DNA of 64,000 nucleotides from Camelus dromedarius (GCF_036321535.1 NC_087447.1:40674001-40738000); one strand, 5' to 3'; shown: positions 14,130 through 28,050, counted from the stretch's first letter. The notes: a model not told the origin generated them from the letters alone. Made by a program: numbers and translations.

Positions 14130-14330
14130 AAGCTCACATCCCAAGTCAGCGACTTTAGACAAGTTGCCTAACTTCCCTGTGCCTCAGTTCACTCATCTTT
14201 AAAACAGAAGTAACAGAGATGAAAGTAACTCCCTCCTATGATTTTTTTATGAGGACTGAGTTATGCAGGCAAAATGCTTCATCTGGTGCCTGGAACATGG
14301 TCAATAGTGAATAAATGTTAGCTGTTTTCT
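14130..14330 (+). mobile_element. MIR SINE
   Basis: gacaagttgcctaacttccctgtgcctcagttcactcatctttaaaac…gtgcctggaacatggtcaatagtgaataaatgttagc. Confidence 0.75.
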
Positions 14331-14524
14331 TAGGTTACTCGTATCATCCCCCTTGATCCCCATGAGCCACCCAGGGGTTAAGCAGGCCATATACTGCATA
14401 TTCCTTTTCTAGAAAAGTAAACTGAGGCTGAAAGTTTCATGGTCAGGGAGCCCACAGGAAGGAGTGTCTGAGCCTGGATCCCTGCAAGACACTTCAGGAC
14501 AGCAGTGTCCACATCACTGCTTGA

Positions 14525-14680
14525 TGGTGTCCAAACACTGCTCCACAGGCCTGCCTGCATGGGAAAATGCAGATTCCGGGGCTCCCAGATATACTGAACC
14601 AGAATCTCCAGCACCAGACCTAGAAATCTGTCTTTGTAAAGTGCCTCTTAAGGAATTCCAATGCCCAGTTGCTGTTAGGG
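14525..14680. mobile_element. MER5-type hAT-Charlie MITE remnant
   Basis: aaaatgcagattccggggctcccagatatactgaaccagaatctcc…gaaatctg is a MER5-like core. Confidence 0.6.
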
Positions 14681-15394
14681 TCGCTGTCTTCTTCGCTGGG
14701 CACACAACTCACTGTGTCATTGTAGGGCAGGGGGACAGGGCAGAAACTCCAGAAATAAAAATCACTTCACAGCCAGCCGCTCAGGTGAACAGCGCTGCCT
14801 GCACGTTAAGCAGAAGCTTACCAAGATGTGGGTGAAGGAGGTGGTTGCTTTAACGCACACCAAATTTTTTCCAGGTCACTGGATTTCTTTCTAGATTAAA
14901 TAACCTCATTATGTATTATGGGCTCTGTAGAGAAAGTCTATTTGCATTGAATTGAAACATGCTTTGTCAAGATACTATGTTTGGCCTGGACACGGCTAAT
15001 TGACAGGAGGTTACCAAAACCAATGTGGCCCCTTGCAAATGGCCCCTGGGGACACGGTTGATCCGAACATAGCACTGTACCCTGCCGTCCACAGCCTATT
15101 TTCCCTGCGCAGGTAGAGGCGCCTCTCCCCAGAGGGACATGGCATTCACCCCACACTTCCTCTGACTTTGATCTGACCTAGTCATTGAGAGGACTGGAGC
15201 CTTGGGGGGCTTCTGGAAATACAGGGACCCAAACTCAGAAAGTGGCACTGATTTTGAAGAGCTACGTTTACCACTAAGTAACCTCGTGTCCCAGAATGCT
15301 AAGGAAACACATTTTGGCTCATTTTCCTTTTTCCATCACCCAGGGCCAGGAGTTGATTCTCCAAAGACACACCCTTGTGACCTAGAGTTGCCAT

Positions 15395-15640
15395 ACTGGT
15401 GGTGGCTAAGCACGTGGGCCAAGGATCAGTTGGCCTGGGTTTGAATCCAAACCCTGATGCTCACTTAGCCATGTGTTCTTGGGAAAGCAATTACACTTGT
15501 TTGAAGCCTCGATTTTCTCATCTGTAAAATGGAAATAAAAAAAGACTTACCGTATCAGGTTGCTGTGAGGGTTCAGTGACATGAGCCAGGAAAGGATGAG
15601 TTACATGAAAAGCACTGAGTAAATGTTAACTGTCACTATT
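15395..15640 (+). mobile_element. MIR SINE
   Basis: cctgggtttgaatcc…cacttagccatgtgttcttgggaaag…ttttctcatctgtaaaatgg…ggttgctgtgaggg. Confidence 0.8.
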
Positions 15641-18319
15641 AGCTCATGTCTTCAGTGCGGCCGGAGGGAAGACATGGGGGGCAATGTGGAGACTCACTCC
15701 CTACAGGCAAGTAAGGGATGCAGTATTTGATGACAATTTATTGAGCCCCACGTGCACCAGGCACAGGGCGGGCGCTGAGGCCGAGCTGGAGAACTAGGTA
15801 ATCCCTTTCCCACAGCGCTCACCTCCATCTGGAGCCTGATGTTAAATGTGGGTCAGCACGTACCGCAGGAAGTGCCATCCAGGTGGAAAACAGAAGGTGG
15901 CGAGAGGAACAAGGTGTTGGTAGGGAGATCCTTCTCGAACGTGGGTGGTAGGGAAAGCTTTGAGACTGTTAAGCTGAGATCTGGAGGAAAAGAAGTTGCT
16001 GGTTCGTTGAATCATGGGAAACAAGCTTTCTAAGCAGACAGCAGAGTCCCCAAGGGGGAAGAGAGCTTGGTGTGTTGCAGAAACCTAGGGAGTGATGGGA
16101 AGGAGCCAGAGGGGCCAGAGTCGTGGGCAGGAGCAGATCCAGCAAGGCCCGCAGGGCCAAGCTGCTGGGAGAGGAGGTGGCTGGGGCCCTGGCAGGCCAG
16201 CCAGGCTGTGTGAGAAGGGAGGAGACGTGCAGAAGGGCGGTGGTGGAAGGCTGCTCTGACTGCGGTGTGGAGAGCAGGCCGGGTAGGGGCAAGAAGGCGG
16301 CAGGGCAGATGCTGGAGTGGTTCGTGGTAGACTCAGTCTAGCACGCTGAATGTCACATCATGTGTTCAGCCCCGTGCTGAGCTCTTTGGGGCAAATACTG
16401 ATTCTTGCGTTGGGATTCTTTCTTCCAGTCACAGCCCCGGGCTCACCCTTACTTTGACTCCCAGCCCGCCTGAGCTCCCTCACATCTCCTCTGCTCACAG
16501 AGGAATCTAGGTCCTATGTATTTTCCCAGCCAGGAAAAGTCCAAGCTGCATTTCCCATCAAGCAGCCCCTTCCGTGCTGAGTGGCCTGCTCAGCTCACAT
16601 CCCTGTTATGTAAATCTCCCTGAACTGGCGTTTTTTTCTCTCTTTCCCAATCATTTCCTGTCTCTGTGGACCAGCTCCTCTCTACTTCAGTTTCCCCCCT
16701 CTGGCTGCTCCAGCAACCTCATGCCCTGTTTTTTGGTCCCCACTTCTCATCTCTGCCCTGCTTGCCTACTTATCATCAATTTGATGTAGGTCACTGTCAC
16801 CCCTGATTCTGCCCTGGTGTCCGGCCCACTCCTTGTCCCATGGTGGGTGCTGGGTAAAAGCATGAATGCTCGCCACATAGAACTGTCTAGTTGTTTCTGG
16901 AAGCAGAGTTTGCCTGGACAGATGGGATGTGGCCCTTGGTGTGGTGAAGGCCTGACTGTTAAGACTTCTCCCTGTTGCCTTGGGCTCAGGATGTGGGCCC
17001 ACCCATGGGGGTTTTGGGAAACTGGGAGACTATCTTTCGGTTTAGAAGCCCCTGTAAGCCTTCCTGAGACCAAAGTTTCTTAGAAGAATTCAGAGAGAAT
17101 GTGAGAGTGACAGAAGAGGGGAGTGGTGCAGAATGAGAATTAGAATTCTGATCAGCAGATCCTCCAACCTACTTCCACACGCTGAGATAGTTTCTGGGGC
17201 ATGCTGGCCATAGAATGTGATCTAAAAGTATGAATCTCCCTCCAAAGGACTTATTTCGAGTTGGGATATTGGGGTTGGGGCAGGTAGTGGAACTGCCCAG
17301 CCCCTTAAGCAGAGGATAAGCTTCGATAGAAAGCTGTAACTGAGCCCACTTCCATGGGGGCACCTCTGAACTGGTTTTTTTCTTTTGCCTCCCAAAGTCC
17401 AGTTGCCTTGAAGAACTTACAGGCAGCTGTTTTATAACTCGTGGTCAAGTTGTTTTGACTCTACCTCATTATATTCTTGCTTGTCAGTCAGTCATCACTG
17501 GCTGCCCTCTGGGTGTTAATAAGTCTCGGCCACAGTGACAAGGGAGCAGCGGCACAGGATGCACAAGAAGGTGGGCGTCAGGGAGGCTCGCAGTGAGTCA
17601 GAGCTGGAAAGCGCTAGAGATCATCTGGTCAGTGGTTTTGAATGCATTTAATCATAGAATTCCTGTCCAAACAGAATCTTACCTGGAAACCTAACACCTT
17701 CAGAAGAGTAAAGCAGAGCTGGTCTGGCTGAAGCCGAGGGTGAGGGCCCACTGGCCACAGGCTTCTTCTCACCTCAGATGTTTGCTGAGACATCTTAGGA
17801 AGCCAGAGCTGGGCTTGAAGGCCACTGAGAGTCCAGACAGGGGAGTGACTTGCCCAAGTCACCTGGGCCCTTGGAGACTCATGGCTTAAGGGGGTAATGT
17901 GGCCCAGTGACTTCACCTGGACTGAGTCCAGCACTCTGGACTCCTAGCTCAGTGCCCTCTCCTGTACATCAAACTCCCTGTCTCAAAGAGTGAGTGTCCA
18001 TCGGCCCATGGTGTGGAGCCCCTGCAGGAGAGGGAAAGGGGACTAGTCACTCTGAGGTCCCCAGTGCTGTTGCTGAAACATTAGATCTGCTGTCCCTTCT
18101 TCCAGCTGGAGTTGCTGGCAGGAATGAGTCATGAGCTAAGGGTGGTGCTGGGAAGACTTACTCCTGAAGGAGCCTCAGGTGTAAATGGATGGAAAATGAG
18201 CCTCAGTGAAGATGGAACTGGGCCTGGGCTTTGTTAGGTGGCGGATAAGAGCCATAGGATGAGGGTATACAGAGCCGGCAGACTCCTCACAGCCTACTTG
18301 CCGCTCCTGTATTTGAAGG

Positions 18320-18710
18320 TGCTGAGTCGGTTGTTTCTAAGCTTAGCTGTGTGAAAAACAGCCCCCAGTCTCAGTGGTTACAAAACAAAGGTTTATTTCT
18401 TCCTTGTGTGGCATGTGGGCTGTGCATTGACCGTTGTTCTGCTCCATATGCTTTCTCGTTCTGCGACGCGCCCGTTCAGTCATGGCTGAGAAGAGCAAGA
18501 GGCTCTCTAGTCACATTTGCATCATCACATTTAAAACTTGTGCTCAGACTGGGCGTACTTGCTGTCAGCTCACATTCCGTTGGCCAGAACAAGTCATGCG
18601 GCAGAGCCTGATGTGGGCGGGGCCCTTGCACGTCACAAGGCAAGAGGAAGGAGACTCTTACAGACAAGGGTAAGGGTAGTGAGCAATTGCCAATGAGTAC
18701 AGTCTACCAC
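18320..18710 (-). mobile_element. MaLR solo LTR (MLT1I/J/L-like)
   Basis: tctcagtggttacaaaacaaaggtttatttc… and cacattccgttggccagaacaagtcatg, ending in …tctaccaca. Confidence 0.65.
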
Positions 18711-19864
18711 AAGGGGTGCTGGAGGGCATGGTGGTGGGAGATATACGGGGTGCTTATTTCCATAGGATGGAATCTTTGGAGATAGAAAGACCCTTTAACA
18801 TCCCTGGATCCCAGCTGCTGAAGACACTAACAAAGTGTGTGCTGAATCTCTCGGAGTCCTGGTTCCCAAGCGATATCATCTATCATTGGCGGGGGACTTT
18901 GGTTTTCCTCTTCCTTTCCCAGAAGAGGATATGGGCCTGAACTGGTTTGCAGAGGCAGCGATGGGCGTCCCCTGTTGGGGCTGGCTAGGTTTGGTGCCCA
19001 GGGAGGCCCAAGGAGTGCCACTGACTGGCATGCTCCAAGGCCATGCTTGGCAGGAGAGTGGGAGGGCAGGAGGCCTGAGTGGTCATTCCCACTACTCTCC
19101 CCTCTCACCCCCTTCCAGGAATTGTGTGTTTTGTACTTTATGGTATTGCTTTGACAGATGAAAAATCAAACCCGAAGCTCTTTGAGATACTGGGCCTCCA
19201 GACAACACTTTCCCAATGGAAATCAGTGGATGCCTGCTTTAATGGAGGGGCTAGTGTTTTTCATGGTATTGATTACTAATAAGTCAAGAATTAGGAAATT
19301 GCTCTGCAGTGGGATCTTCAGAGATCCAGATCTGGGGTACTTGGGAAAGTGCTGCTACCAGCTGTTTTTAACAGTGTGAGCAGCTTTTGGCTCAGCAGAA
19401 AGCATCACACCGAGCACCTGCGGGGTCCAAGGGGCCTGTGATCACACAGAGCGTACTCAAGGCCTCCTTCTCTCCGTGGCTTCTCCTGAGTCTGTCTTCT
19501 GCAGGAAACCCCATGCCTGGGAGTGCTTCTGGCTCTCAGAGCTGCTGCTTCTTCCACGGCATCTGAGGCCCAGTGTCAAAAGCAACCTGGTCTCCACGCT
19601 GTTGAGTGAGGAAGACAAGAATTCAGACAAAAACGGGCTTGAGAAGGAGCTAGAAACCTGTACCCGTTTTTGCATTCAAATGACCTTCCCTGGTATTGCA
19701 GAACTAATTAAAAAAACCCGAGATGCATGATCCAAAGTGGACCGCATGCACTCTGCAGAAAGACAAGCTCGTGCTAGATCTGAAGTATGGGGAAGTCCAG
19801 AGTGGTCTGTTCATGAAGATCTTTGGTTCCTTTGAAGCTGCTCAAGTTTCTAGTTTTTCTCCAA

Positions 19865-20450
19865 ACGTTTTATTTTGAAAGATGTCAAACTTATAAAGAA
19901 GTTGCAAGTCCGGTACAGGGAGCATCCAGGTACCCTTCACCTGACTTCCCCGTTTTTACCATTTTGCCAAGTTTGCCTTGTCTCTCTTTCTACACATACT
20001 TATCTCCCTGATCTACTTGCAAATTAGTTATAGGCTTCATGCACTGTGTATCTCCTAAGAACAAAGACATTCTCCTGCAGAAACACAATATACTTATCAC
20101 ACTCAGGGAAATTAACGTCAATACGATACCATTATCTACCATCCTTATTCATATTTCCCTGCTGGGCACACGGATGTTCTTTATAGCAGGGGTCAGCTGT
20201 AGGGCCCAGATCTTGCTCGCTGCCTGTTTTCATAAATGAAGGTTTTCTTGGAACACAGACACACTCGGTCATTTACGTGTTGTTTATGGCTGCTTTTGTG
20301 CTACAGCTGTGGAATTGAGTAGTTGTGACAGAGACTGCATGTGTCACAAAGCCTGAAGAATGTCACCATCTGACCCTTCAAGAAAAAGGGTGCTGACCTG
20401 TGCATTATTAGCATTTGTATCATCCAGGATCCAATCAAGGCATGTCCTTT
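19865..20450 (-). mobile_element. Ancient L1M (L1MC-like) 3' fragment interrupted by a MER58-type element
   Basis: Begins ttttattttgaaagatgtcaaacttataaagaagttgcaag…tacccttcacc, typical of a reverse-complemented old L1M 3' end. Confidence 0.65.
20188..20402. mobile_element. MER58A-like hAT-Charlie MITE
   Basis: caggggtcagc…ggttttcttggaacacag…tatggctgcttttgtgctacag…ttgagtagttgtgacagagactgcatg…gctgacc. Confidence 0.75.
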
Positions 20451-20779
20451 GCACACATTTTTAATTAAAAAATGTATAAATGATCCCTCACTTATGAACC
20501 TTCTTTACACGTGATAACAGGCTCCCTGTTGGAATGTAAGCAGACACAGAGGATGCCAACTCAGAGCAGAAGTTTGTAATGTGACTGTGCAACTTGGCTT
20601 ATCTCTTGCTCTTCTCAGCCACAGGAAAAAGGACATGTCGCAGAGTGAGAAAGTATGTGGGGCAGAACCACAGCCTGATGCCCCAAGACTTCATGACCTG
20701 CCCCCTCCATCCTCATCTCCCATCACTCCCTGTATAAGCCCCTGACTCCACAGAACTGCTTGAGGTAGTGACATGAGGT

Positions 20780-21130
20780 TCATGCCCCATAGATCTTTAT
20801 TCCTGCAGTTTCCTCTGCCTGGGACACCTCTCCACACTCTGTCTTTGAAGATTTAGTGCAAGTGCCACCTCTTGGAAGCCTCTCAAACCTCTCTCATTTC
20901 CCATTCCCAAGATCCCTTCACTCACCATCTGGTTGTCTAAGCTCCCAGGACCCACTGGATTTTCCATGATCACGGCACCTACCACGCTAGTGCATTGATT
21001 CATTTTCTGTTATTTTACCTACTAATTTGTGGGGCCCTGAGGACAGGGACCATGTCTTATTCATCTGTGTCTCCTCGATGCCTAGTATAAAGACCTAACA
21101 TGCTCAATAATGCTTATTGAATGAATGAAT
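20780..21130 (+). mobile_element. L2 LINE 3' fragment
   Basis: Ends …gacagggaccatgtcttattcatctgtgtctcc…tgctcaataatgcttattgaatgaatgaat. Confidence 0.75.
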
Positions 21131-21755
21131 AGATCCTTCCATGGCTCAAGGGCTTCTCTCTTATCCCCAGGGCCACCTTGAGGGATTTCTAGGCCTTTCT
21201 TCCTCCTGCCCTTCCCCTCCCAGTGCCTGTGATCAGAGTACTTACCCTCATGGTTGCTGATTTCAAAGTGGCTTTAGATCATTCTCATGAACGGACTGAA
21301 GTGATGAGAAAAGGAGAGAGGAGAGCAGGGCAGATCACTGAGGCCACCAGCTTCTGCAGCCAGGAGTCCCATTTCAGGGCTTCACCACCTCTGGCCTAGA
21401 CTGCGGCAGTCACTGGTGATGGCTTAGAGTTGAGGTTCCCAGCCCCTGCTGTATGGCTGATAGGATTAGGAGTGAACAGAGGGAGCACTGAGTGTGCTGA
21501 GCATCTCACTTGATTCTCCTGGATACCTGGGCAGTGGGCTCTATCCCCATGCTCCAGATGAGGAAACTGAGGCACAGAGAAGCTAATGACAAGGTTAGAA
21601 AGTGTCAGAGCTGGAACAGATGGGAGCTATGTGATTCCAAAGCCCCCTACTCCACCCCCTGCCAGTTACCATGATTTCTTTTAGGAAGGGTGGTGTGGTC
21701 CTGACACCCCAAGTTTAACCTCTGAAGGAATTTATTTTCTTAGGAAATTTTGGGC

Positions 21756-21950
21756 TAGAGTCTAGTCCAGTAGAACTTTCTGTGAGGTTGGAAATGTTCT
21801 AGATCTGCTCTGTTCAATATGGTGTCCAATAGCCACCTGCCACTTTTGAATACTTGAAATGTGGCTAGGGTGACTTATTTAATTTTAATTAATATATTTA
21901 AATTTAAATATCCACACGTGGCTAGTGCATACTGTATCGGATGATGGAGA
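21756..21950. mobile_element. MER3 hAT-Charlie MITE
   Basis: gtccagtagaactttctgtgaggttggaaatgttcta…tagccac…acttgaaatgtggctag…atttaaatttaaat…cacgtggctagtg. Confidence 0.85.
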
Positions 21951-22798
21951 CTAGAGTAAATGTTGGCCGAGTACATTCTGAGTAAATGTGCTGTGTGCGT
22001 TGGCTGGCTGGAGACTTCTTGGGTTAGCATAGTTTTCATAGGAACATTGGCATTACGTTCCAAACAACTTGATTAGTGACCAATTTGTTCTGGACACTGC
22101 CTACCCTGCCACTCTTATGAGCTGGGACAGTTTTCGGTTTGCCTCTGAGACAAATAAATCTTCCAACCTTCCCGCAAGGCAGAGGAAATACATGGGGCCA
22201 TGGAGAAAGCAAAAAGGGAGATGTGAAAGAGAAGTCCCCAGGGACCGAAGTGGTGGAGCTGTGATATATTTATTCTAGTTCCAGTCCTCTGAGTGCTTGC
22301 CTGCCATCCTTCTGGGGATTTGGGAATGCAGGGCTGGATTCGGGTTCCCAGCTGGAGTTCACAGCAGAGTGTAGACTCCCAGGAATATGCCTGCCCTGTT
22401 AGGATCTAGAATGGGGTCCAGGCAGAGTCAGGTGTGCTGTGTCTTAAGCTAGGCCATTCAGCTGGAGGCAGTCTACACAGTGGTTATAAATCTGGGCTTT
22501 GGGGCCGTACGCTCTGGGGTTAAAGTTTACGAGCTCTGTGACCTTGAGCAAGTTACTTCATCTCTGCATTCCCAAGTTTCTCTGACTGTAAAATGGAGTT
22601 CATCTTAGTTCCTAACTCAGGGGGCTGTTGCAAGATTTAAACAAGCCAACCCACCTTTCCCCTGTGCCCTGCTCACAGTCAGCATCCAGCAGATCTTTGC
22701 TGGTTTTCGTGTGTTGGTACAGCCACGATGCTTTCAGTGTCAGATCAGCATAGCCTTTTACGTTCTGCCTTCTGCTTTTTTTTTCTTCCTTCCTTTCA

Positions 22799-22817
22799 TT
22801 CTTCTTCTTCTTCTTCT

Positions 22818-22848
<31 letters not shown>
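22799..22848. repeat. (TTC)7 followed by a ~29-nt poly(T) run
   Basis: Read directly from the sequence. Confidence 0.95.
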
Positions 22849-24739
22849 GTCTGCACTGGCAGTTTCTTGCTTTCAGAACTCAAAATGCTTTTGGGAGCTT
22901 TGCAAGAATTTGCTCCCAAATCCTGGGAAATGATGTCTGTTTTCTCATCTCATCTCCCTGTCTCTGGATATTTATAGTTCTGGATAGAAAAGAGTTGCTT
23001 TGATTTCTCAGAATAGTTTCCACAAAAGTGTGGTGTTGAGGAGGCAAGGCTGTGGGGAGAGAGTGTTAGACTTGGCCTCAGAGCCTGGGGTTGAATCTTA
23101 CTTGCTAGCTATGTGACCCTCACCCCCAACCACAGGCTATGTGAATATTCTGAACCTTAGTTTCCTCGCATGTGAAATGGGGATGCAGTGATAGTCCAAT
23201 GAGATAATACATATGGCTGTGCCTAGCTGGCTGTCTGCACGTACAAGACCCTGTGTCGGTTGAGTCTGAGCCCTTTAATCCTTTGTCAGCTCAAATGTTC
23301 AGACCCATGGTAGGAAGCTGCTTGGGGCCCTTCATATTGGGGCTCTTGGCTGGAAGCTGCCCAGTTATGCAGCGAAAGGCAGCAGAGCTGTCTTCCCAGC
23401 TCTTGGCTGTTCCTCTACCAAGGGGCCCTATTTAGACTTGAAACCAAGCTTCCAGGAAGCCCAGACTGCAGGCTGAGCTGAATTCACACTGTGGGAGCAA
23501 AGTCAGGAAAAGCCAAGTCCCCAGACCCCAGAGGCTCGGGGCCCACAACCATGCTCCCTCCAGGAGGACTGATTTAGATCTTCCCCTGAGAACTGGGGAG
23601 CTCCAGAGGGCACCCCTGCCGGGTGGGACAGGGGTTCAGGAGGCAGCTGCTGGGCTGAGGGGTTCTTGTTTACAGAGGGGAGACTGAGCAGAAAATGTCA
23701 GGAAAAGATGGCAAATTGTAGAAAGCCAGGGAAGAACAGCATGCAGAGGCCACAAGGCAGTTCCTGTGTCTCCATCTGTGAACCTGAGGACTCCAGGGAC
23801 CAAATGAAGCCTCAGGCAGGGTGGTATGGAGGGAGGGCCTGGGCCCCAAGCTAGGCAGACCCAAGTCCAAGTGTGTTTTGCCACTTTCCTCCACGTGACC
23901 TAGATTAAATAGCCTCCTTCAGCCTCAAGGTGCCCAACATTAAAATGGGGATTAAAGATGCACCACCATTTAATATTTGGATGAACTTAATACGTGATCG
24001 ATTCCTTTTCCCCATGGAATTTCATAATAAATAATACATCATTTGCTTATCTACTGACTTAGTTTGCTATTTGCAGAAGTCTATGTGGGGTCCTCCACAG
24101 AGCTTTGAAATCATGCTGTGTGCCCCGGGGTTGATGGGGACAGAGGCCAGCTTGAGGGGGATGGTGGTGGTGGTGGTGGCTGTTTCCAGGACCACTCCTG
24201 AAGCCCCCATTCTGTCTCCTAGAAGACCTCTATTAAAGAGAAGGAGTTAAGAGTGTGGTCTATGGGGGTGCTCAGTTGGCCTGCCCAGTGCCCAGCCCTG
24301 CACGTAATCACTGTTTGACTATGGTAGGTCCCTTCACCCCTGTGAGCCATGGCTTGGTCATCAGGACATAGAGATAATAATAATACCTACCCTCCCTGAA
24401 GATCTGTGGTGAGGTGAAATGTGGTGGTGGGTAGTGACCATTGTTGTTACCCATCCCCCTCTCCTGTTCTACCCTCCCTCCCTCCCCTCTCCACATAGAC
24501 AGCTCCCCCTTGCTGGCTCTGCCCAGCAGCTACTCACCCCTTTGATGCTTGGGAGCCCGAGACTTCTGGAGGCAGCACCTTGTTTCCCTGGAGAAACCAC
24601 ACCCGTGACCCCGAGAAGGTTTTGGGGAAGACCCTTGGGCATGGTTCTGCAGTAATGTTAATCACCTCCCCAACCCCATGGCCAAGCTGGACCAGAAAGT
24701 GTTCCCTCAGGAGGCTGTGTACTTTGAGGATGAGTTAAT

Positions 24740-24960
24740 GAAGGAACCAACTTTACTGGACATCTGTCTTTTGCCTGATTCTGCTAGGGGATTTTAGATC
24801 TGCTTTCTCATTTAATCCTTACCCCGATCCTGTGGAGTAGGTGTTGCAGTACACATTTTGCAGACTGGAAAACTGAATGTCAGGAAGCTTGTGTGACTTG
24901 CCCCAAGTCAACTGACTTATAAGTGGCAGTGCAGGGACTTGAACCCAGAACTGTACGCTT
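24740..24960 (-). mobile_element. MIR SINE
   Basis: tctcatttaatcctt…cattttgcagactggaaaactga…gtgacttgccccaagtca…agtggcagtgcagggacttgaacccag. Confidence 0.75.
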
Positions 24961-27134
24961 CGTGTCTCTATGACACGGAGCTTTGTTTGCAGGAGAAGTG
25001 TTGATTTTTGGTCCCAGATATGGAGTTGCCTGGATGGGGTCTCCAGTGGAGGGTGAGAAAGGCCCTGTCCAGGGCTGCTATGAACAGAAGGGGCTATGCC
25101 CACAAGGAGTCCAGATCGCCTGACTTTTCCTTCCCTTCCTGCTTCACCTCCTGGAGAAAGGCACCCAGCAGTTTCAAGGCTGCTGTTTCTTCATGGATTT
25201 TTAATAAAGATGATGAATGAACCACGAATTGATAAGAAAAAGGCAAATGGTATTTGGGTTATGCATTGTTCTAGTAAAATCTATTTTTCACTGCAGGTCT
25301 TAAGTGACTTTTTCATTAAAATGCCATAACGGAAAGAGAGGTTAAATAAAATGAACTTTCCATGGCAGAAGTGTCAACCAAGGGGCCTCTGCAGGACAGG
25401 ACCCTTAGGCAGCCGAGATGTAAACTTTGTCAGCTCCCCAGTGGCAGAGTTGTGGCATGTTATGCCAATGAAGTGTTGTCCAAGAAAGGCCTGGCGGGAG
25501 TTTCAGTAGCTCTGCTCCCTGGAGACCTGATCAGATCTGAGGGCCCAAGACAATGGTCCCCATCAGCCTTGCCTGGAGGGCAGGTAAGCAGAGCGGCCAA
25601 CACCTGCTTGGCTGGGGTCAGTGCCCCGAGTGGTGAGCTGGCCTCTGTTTCCTGGGCCACCACACCTAACATGGAGCCTGCAACCTGAGGGAGGGTCAGG
25701 AGCTGGGTGGTGGGCCAGAGCCCTTTCCCGCTGAGCTCCCTGCTGGCTCTGAAGAAAACTTCTCCTATGGGTGGGACTCAGAGGACTTTACTTGATCTGA
25801 TGTCCCCAGGGAGACTTGCTTGTTTCAGGCCTTTGAAGACATTGGCACCAATTGGTGGATTGCCTTCCAGATTAAGGTTATTTTTCTTCCTGAATCTGCC
25901 TTGAGCAGGTGTCTCTGTCATGACTGAAAAGATCTTGTCACAACTATTGTGTTCTATTACATTCCGTCCTGTCCCATCCCATCCTATCCCATGCCATCAC
26001 TCTTCATGCTTTGAGCAGTCATGAGTTGTACTTGGTTCCAAGTCCTGTTCTAAGTATGGGGGTGCAGAGATGATCAAGACACAGCCTCTGCCTTTATGAA
26101 GCCCCCTCCCCAACAAGGGAAATAAGCAGACAGTTAGAGTGTGACGTGCATGATAGATGGAGGGACCTGCTGCCCCCCTCCCCTCGGCAAAGTCACCTCA
26201 CCCACAAATGTCCCAAGAACAGAGGCAGCGAATAGGAAAGTGGGGGAGGGGTAGTCAGGGAAGTCTCCTTGAAGGTGATTATTGGGTTGGATTTTTAAAG
26301 GGTGAATGGGAGTTTACCAGGCAAACAGCAAATCTCTAAAAGAGTGCGTACATAGAACTTGCTAGGTGCCAGGCCGCATCCCTGGCACTTTATATATGTT
26401 AACTCCTCCTAACAGCCTGTGAGGGAGGTGCTCTTACCACCTCCATTTTCCAGATGAGGAGGCGGCAGAGGCACAAAGCCACAGTTTAGTAAATGGTAGA
26501 GCCAGGGTTCAAGCCCAGGCAGGGCTGTGGCTTTAATCACCATGCCTCATGGCCGTTCTGGTAGGGTAGTGGGGACACTGCAGACACAGAGGGGAGAACT
26601 GGCGCTGTCCTTGATCAGGGGGATGGTAAGTGGGGGCTCCAGGAACTCCTCCTACAACAGTGCAGATGCTGTATTATTTCCTCCATGAAGTACATCTCCT
26701 TGAGCCAAACTGTCCACCTTCTTGGCTACAGAGGAGTGGTGGAAACCGTTGCCACTTTCCTCCACCTCCCCTTGCTTTCCTGCTGGGGAAGCTGCATAAA
26801 TTCAGCAGCTTCTCAGCTGCTGGGGCTCCAGGCCAGGAAACTCTGAGCTTGGGCTGGACTTTGGTCTCCGATGTTTGCAGAGAAAGTGGGAAATGTTGCA
26901 CGGCTCCAGACAAATGGTGATGCACAACCATTCTTGCAGCTACTTGCCTCAGGCCTGGGATACACCCAGGCTCCACCCACTGGGACAGGGCTGCCTCCTT
27001 CCAGCGCCCAGCCTCACTGAAGCACACTTGCTGGGGCATTTGCAAACACTCAACAGTAGGACTTAGGCATTCTTTCCTCCCTTGTCTTTTCCCAGACAAA
27101 ATCGAGGGTCCCACTGTGTCTGTTACAAGGTATG

Positions 27135-27320
27135 GTCTTTTCTCTATTTTAGCATGCCACTAATTGTAAGACAGATCATTGATTTAATAATAGTTTTTCA
27201 GAGGAACCAGAAGAAACACTACCACATTAAAAGGTACACATTGATTGTAATAGTCATCACCATTTCAGAAACATTGAAATGTAAAAAATAAATGGACATC
27301 TTAAACTCCAGGGAATATGG
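27135..27320. mobile_element. MER104-like TcMar-Tc2 non-autonomous element
   Basis: The reverse complement reads ccatattcc…taagatgtccatt…ttctgaaat…ttacaatcaatg…tcttacaattagtggcat, matching the MER104/Kanga pattern with its twice-repeated 'cttacaat' motif. Confidence 0.65.
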
Positions 27321-27789
27321 TGTTTTCCAAACATTTTATGGTCAAGTGATGGTGCCTGCATGGGGAGCTTGTCTAATGAGGGGTGGCAGGGGAGTGGCGC
27401 TGGCTGGCACTGACCAGGGCAGGGTGGTGGAAATTCACAACCACCCAGCCCTGCCTCTGCTGCCTTCATCTTCAATCATCCAGGCTCTTTGGGGACTTCG
27501 GGGACATTTCAAGTAGCTCAAAAACACTCACAGCTGAATTCATTCTTTAATTGAGTTTGGCAAATAATCAGCTCCCACTTCAAGCTGGAAAGTATTGAAC
27601 TCAGTGAATGCACAAGAACAATTATGATCACCGGGAACCTTGGTGCATCTTCTTGGAAGTTGGGTGGTAATTGGACCAGAACATGTGGATCAGCTTGCCC
27701 TGGGAGTCAAGGGACTGGGGCTCTAATCTGGGCAACTTGGATGCATTGCCTTGCTTCTCTGGGTCCTAGACTCCCCTTCTGCATAGTGA

Positions 27790-28050
27790 GCATGCAAAGC
27801 AATAACAATGGCAGCTAACAGTTACTAAGTGCTTAGAACACGTCATGCATTATTCTGTGCATCTTGTAAGCACTAGCTCATTTAATCCTCATAGCGACCC
27901 TGTAAGGTAGATGCTGTTATTATCTCCATTTTTCAGATGAGGAAATCGAGGCATGGGGCAGTTAAGTAATTTCCCCAAAGTCACACAGCTAGTTAAGTGG
28001 CAAAGATAAGAGTTGAGCCCAAGCTCTCTGATTAAATGGTCCATGCTATT
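27790..28050 (-). mobile_element. MIR SINE (near full length)
   Basis: ctcatttaatcctcatagcgaccctgtaaggtag…ccatttttcagatgaggaaatcgaggca…gttaagtaatttccccaaagtcacacagctag. Confidence 0.85.

Noticed and set aside
19476..19730. Possible coding exon after the acceptor-like …gtcttctgcag (peptide …LLSEEDKNSDKNGLEKELE…)
   Set aside because: No recognisable protein match and no convincing donor site. It cannot be supported without transcript data.
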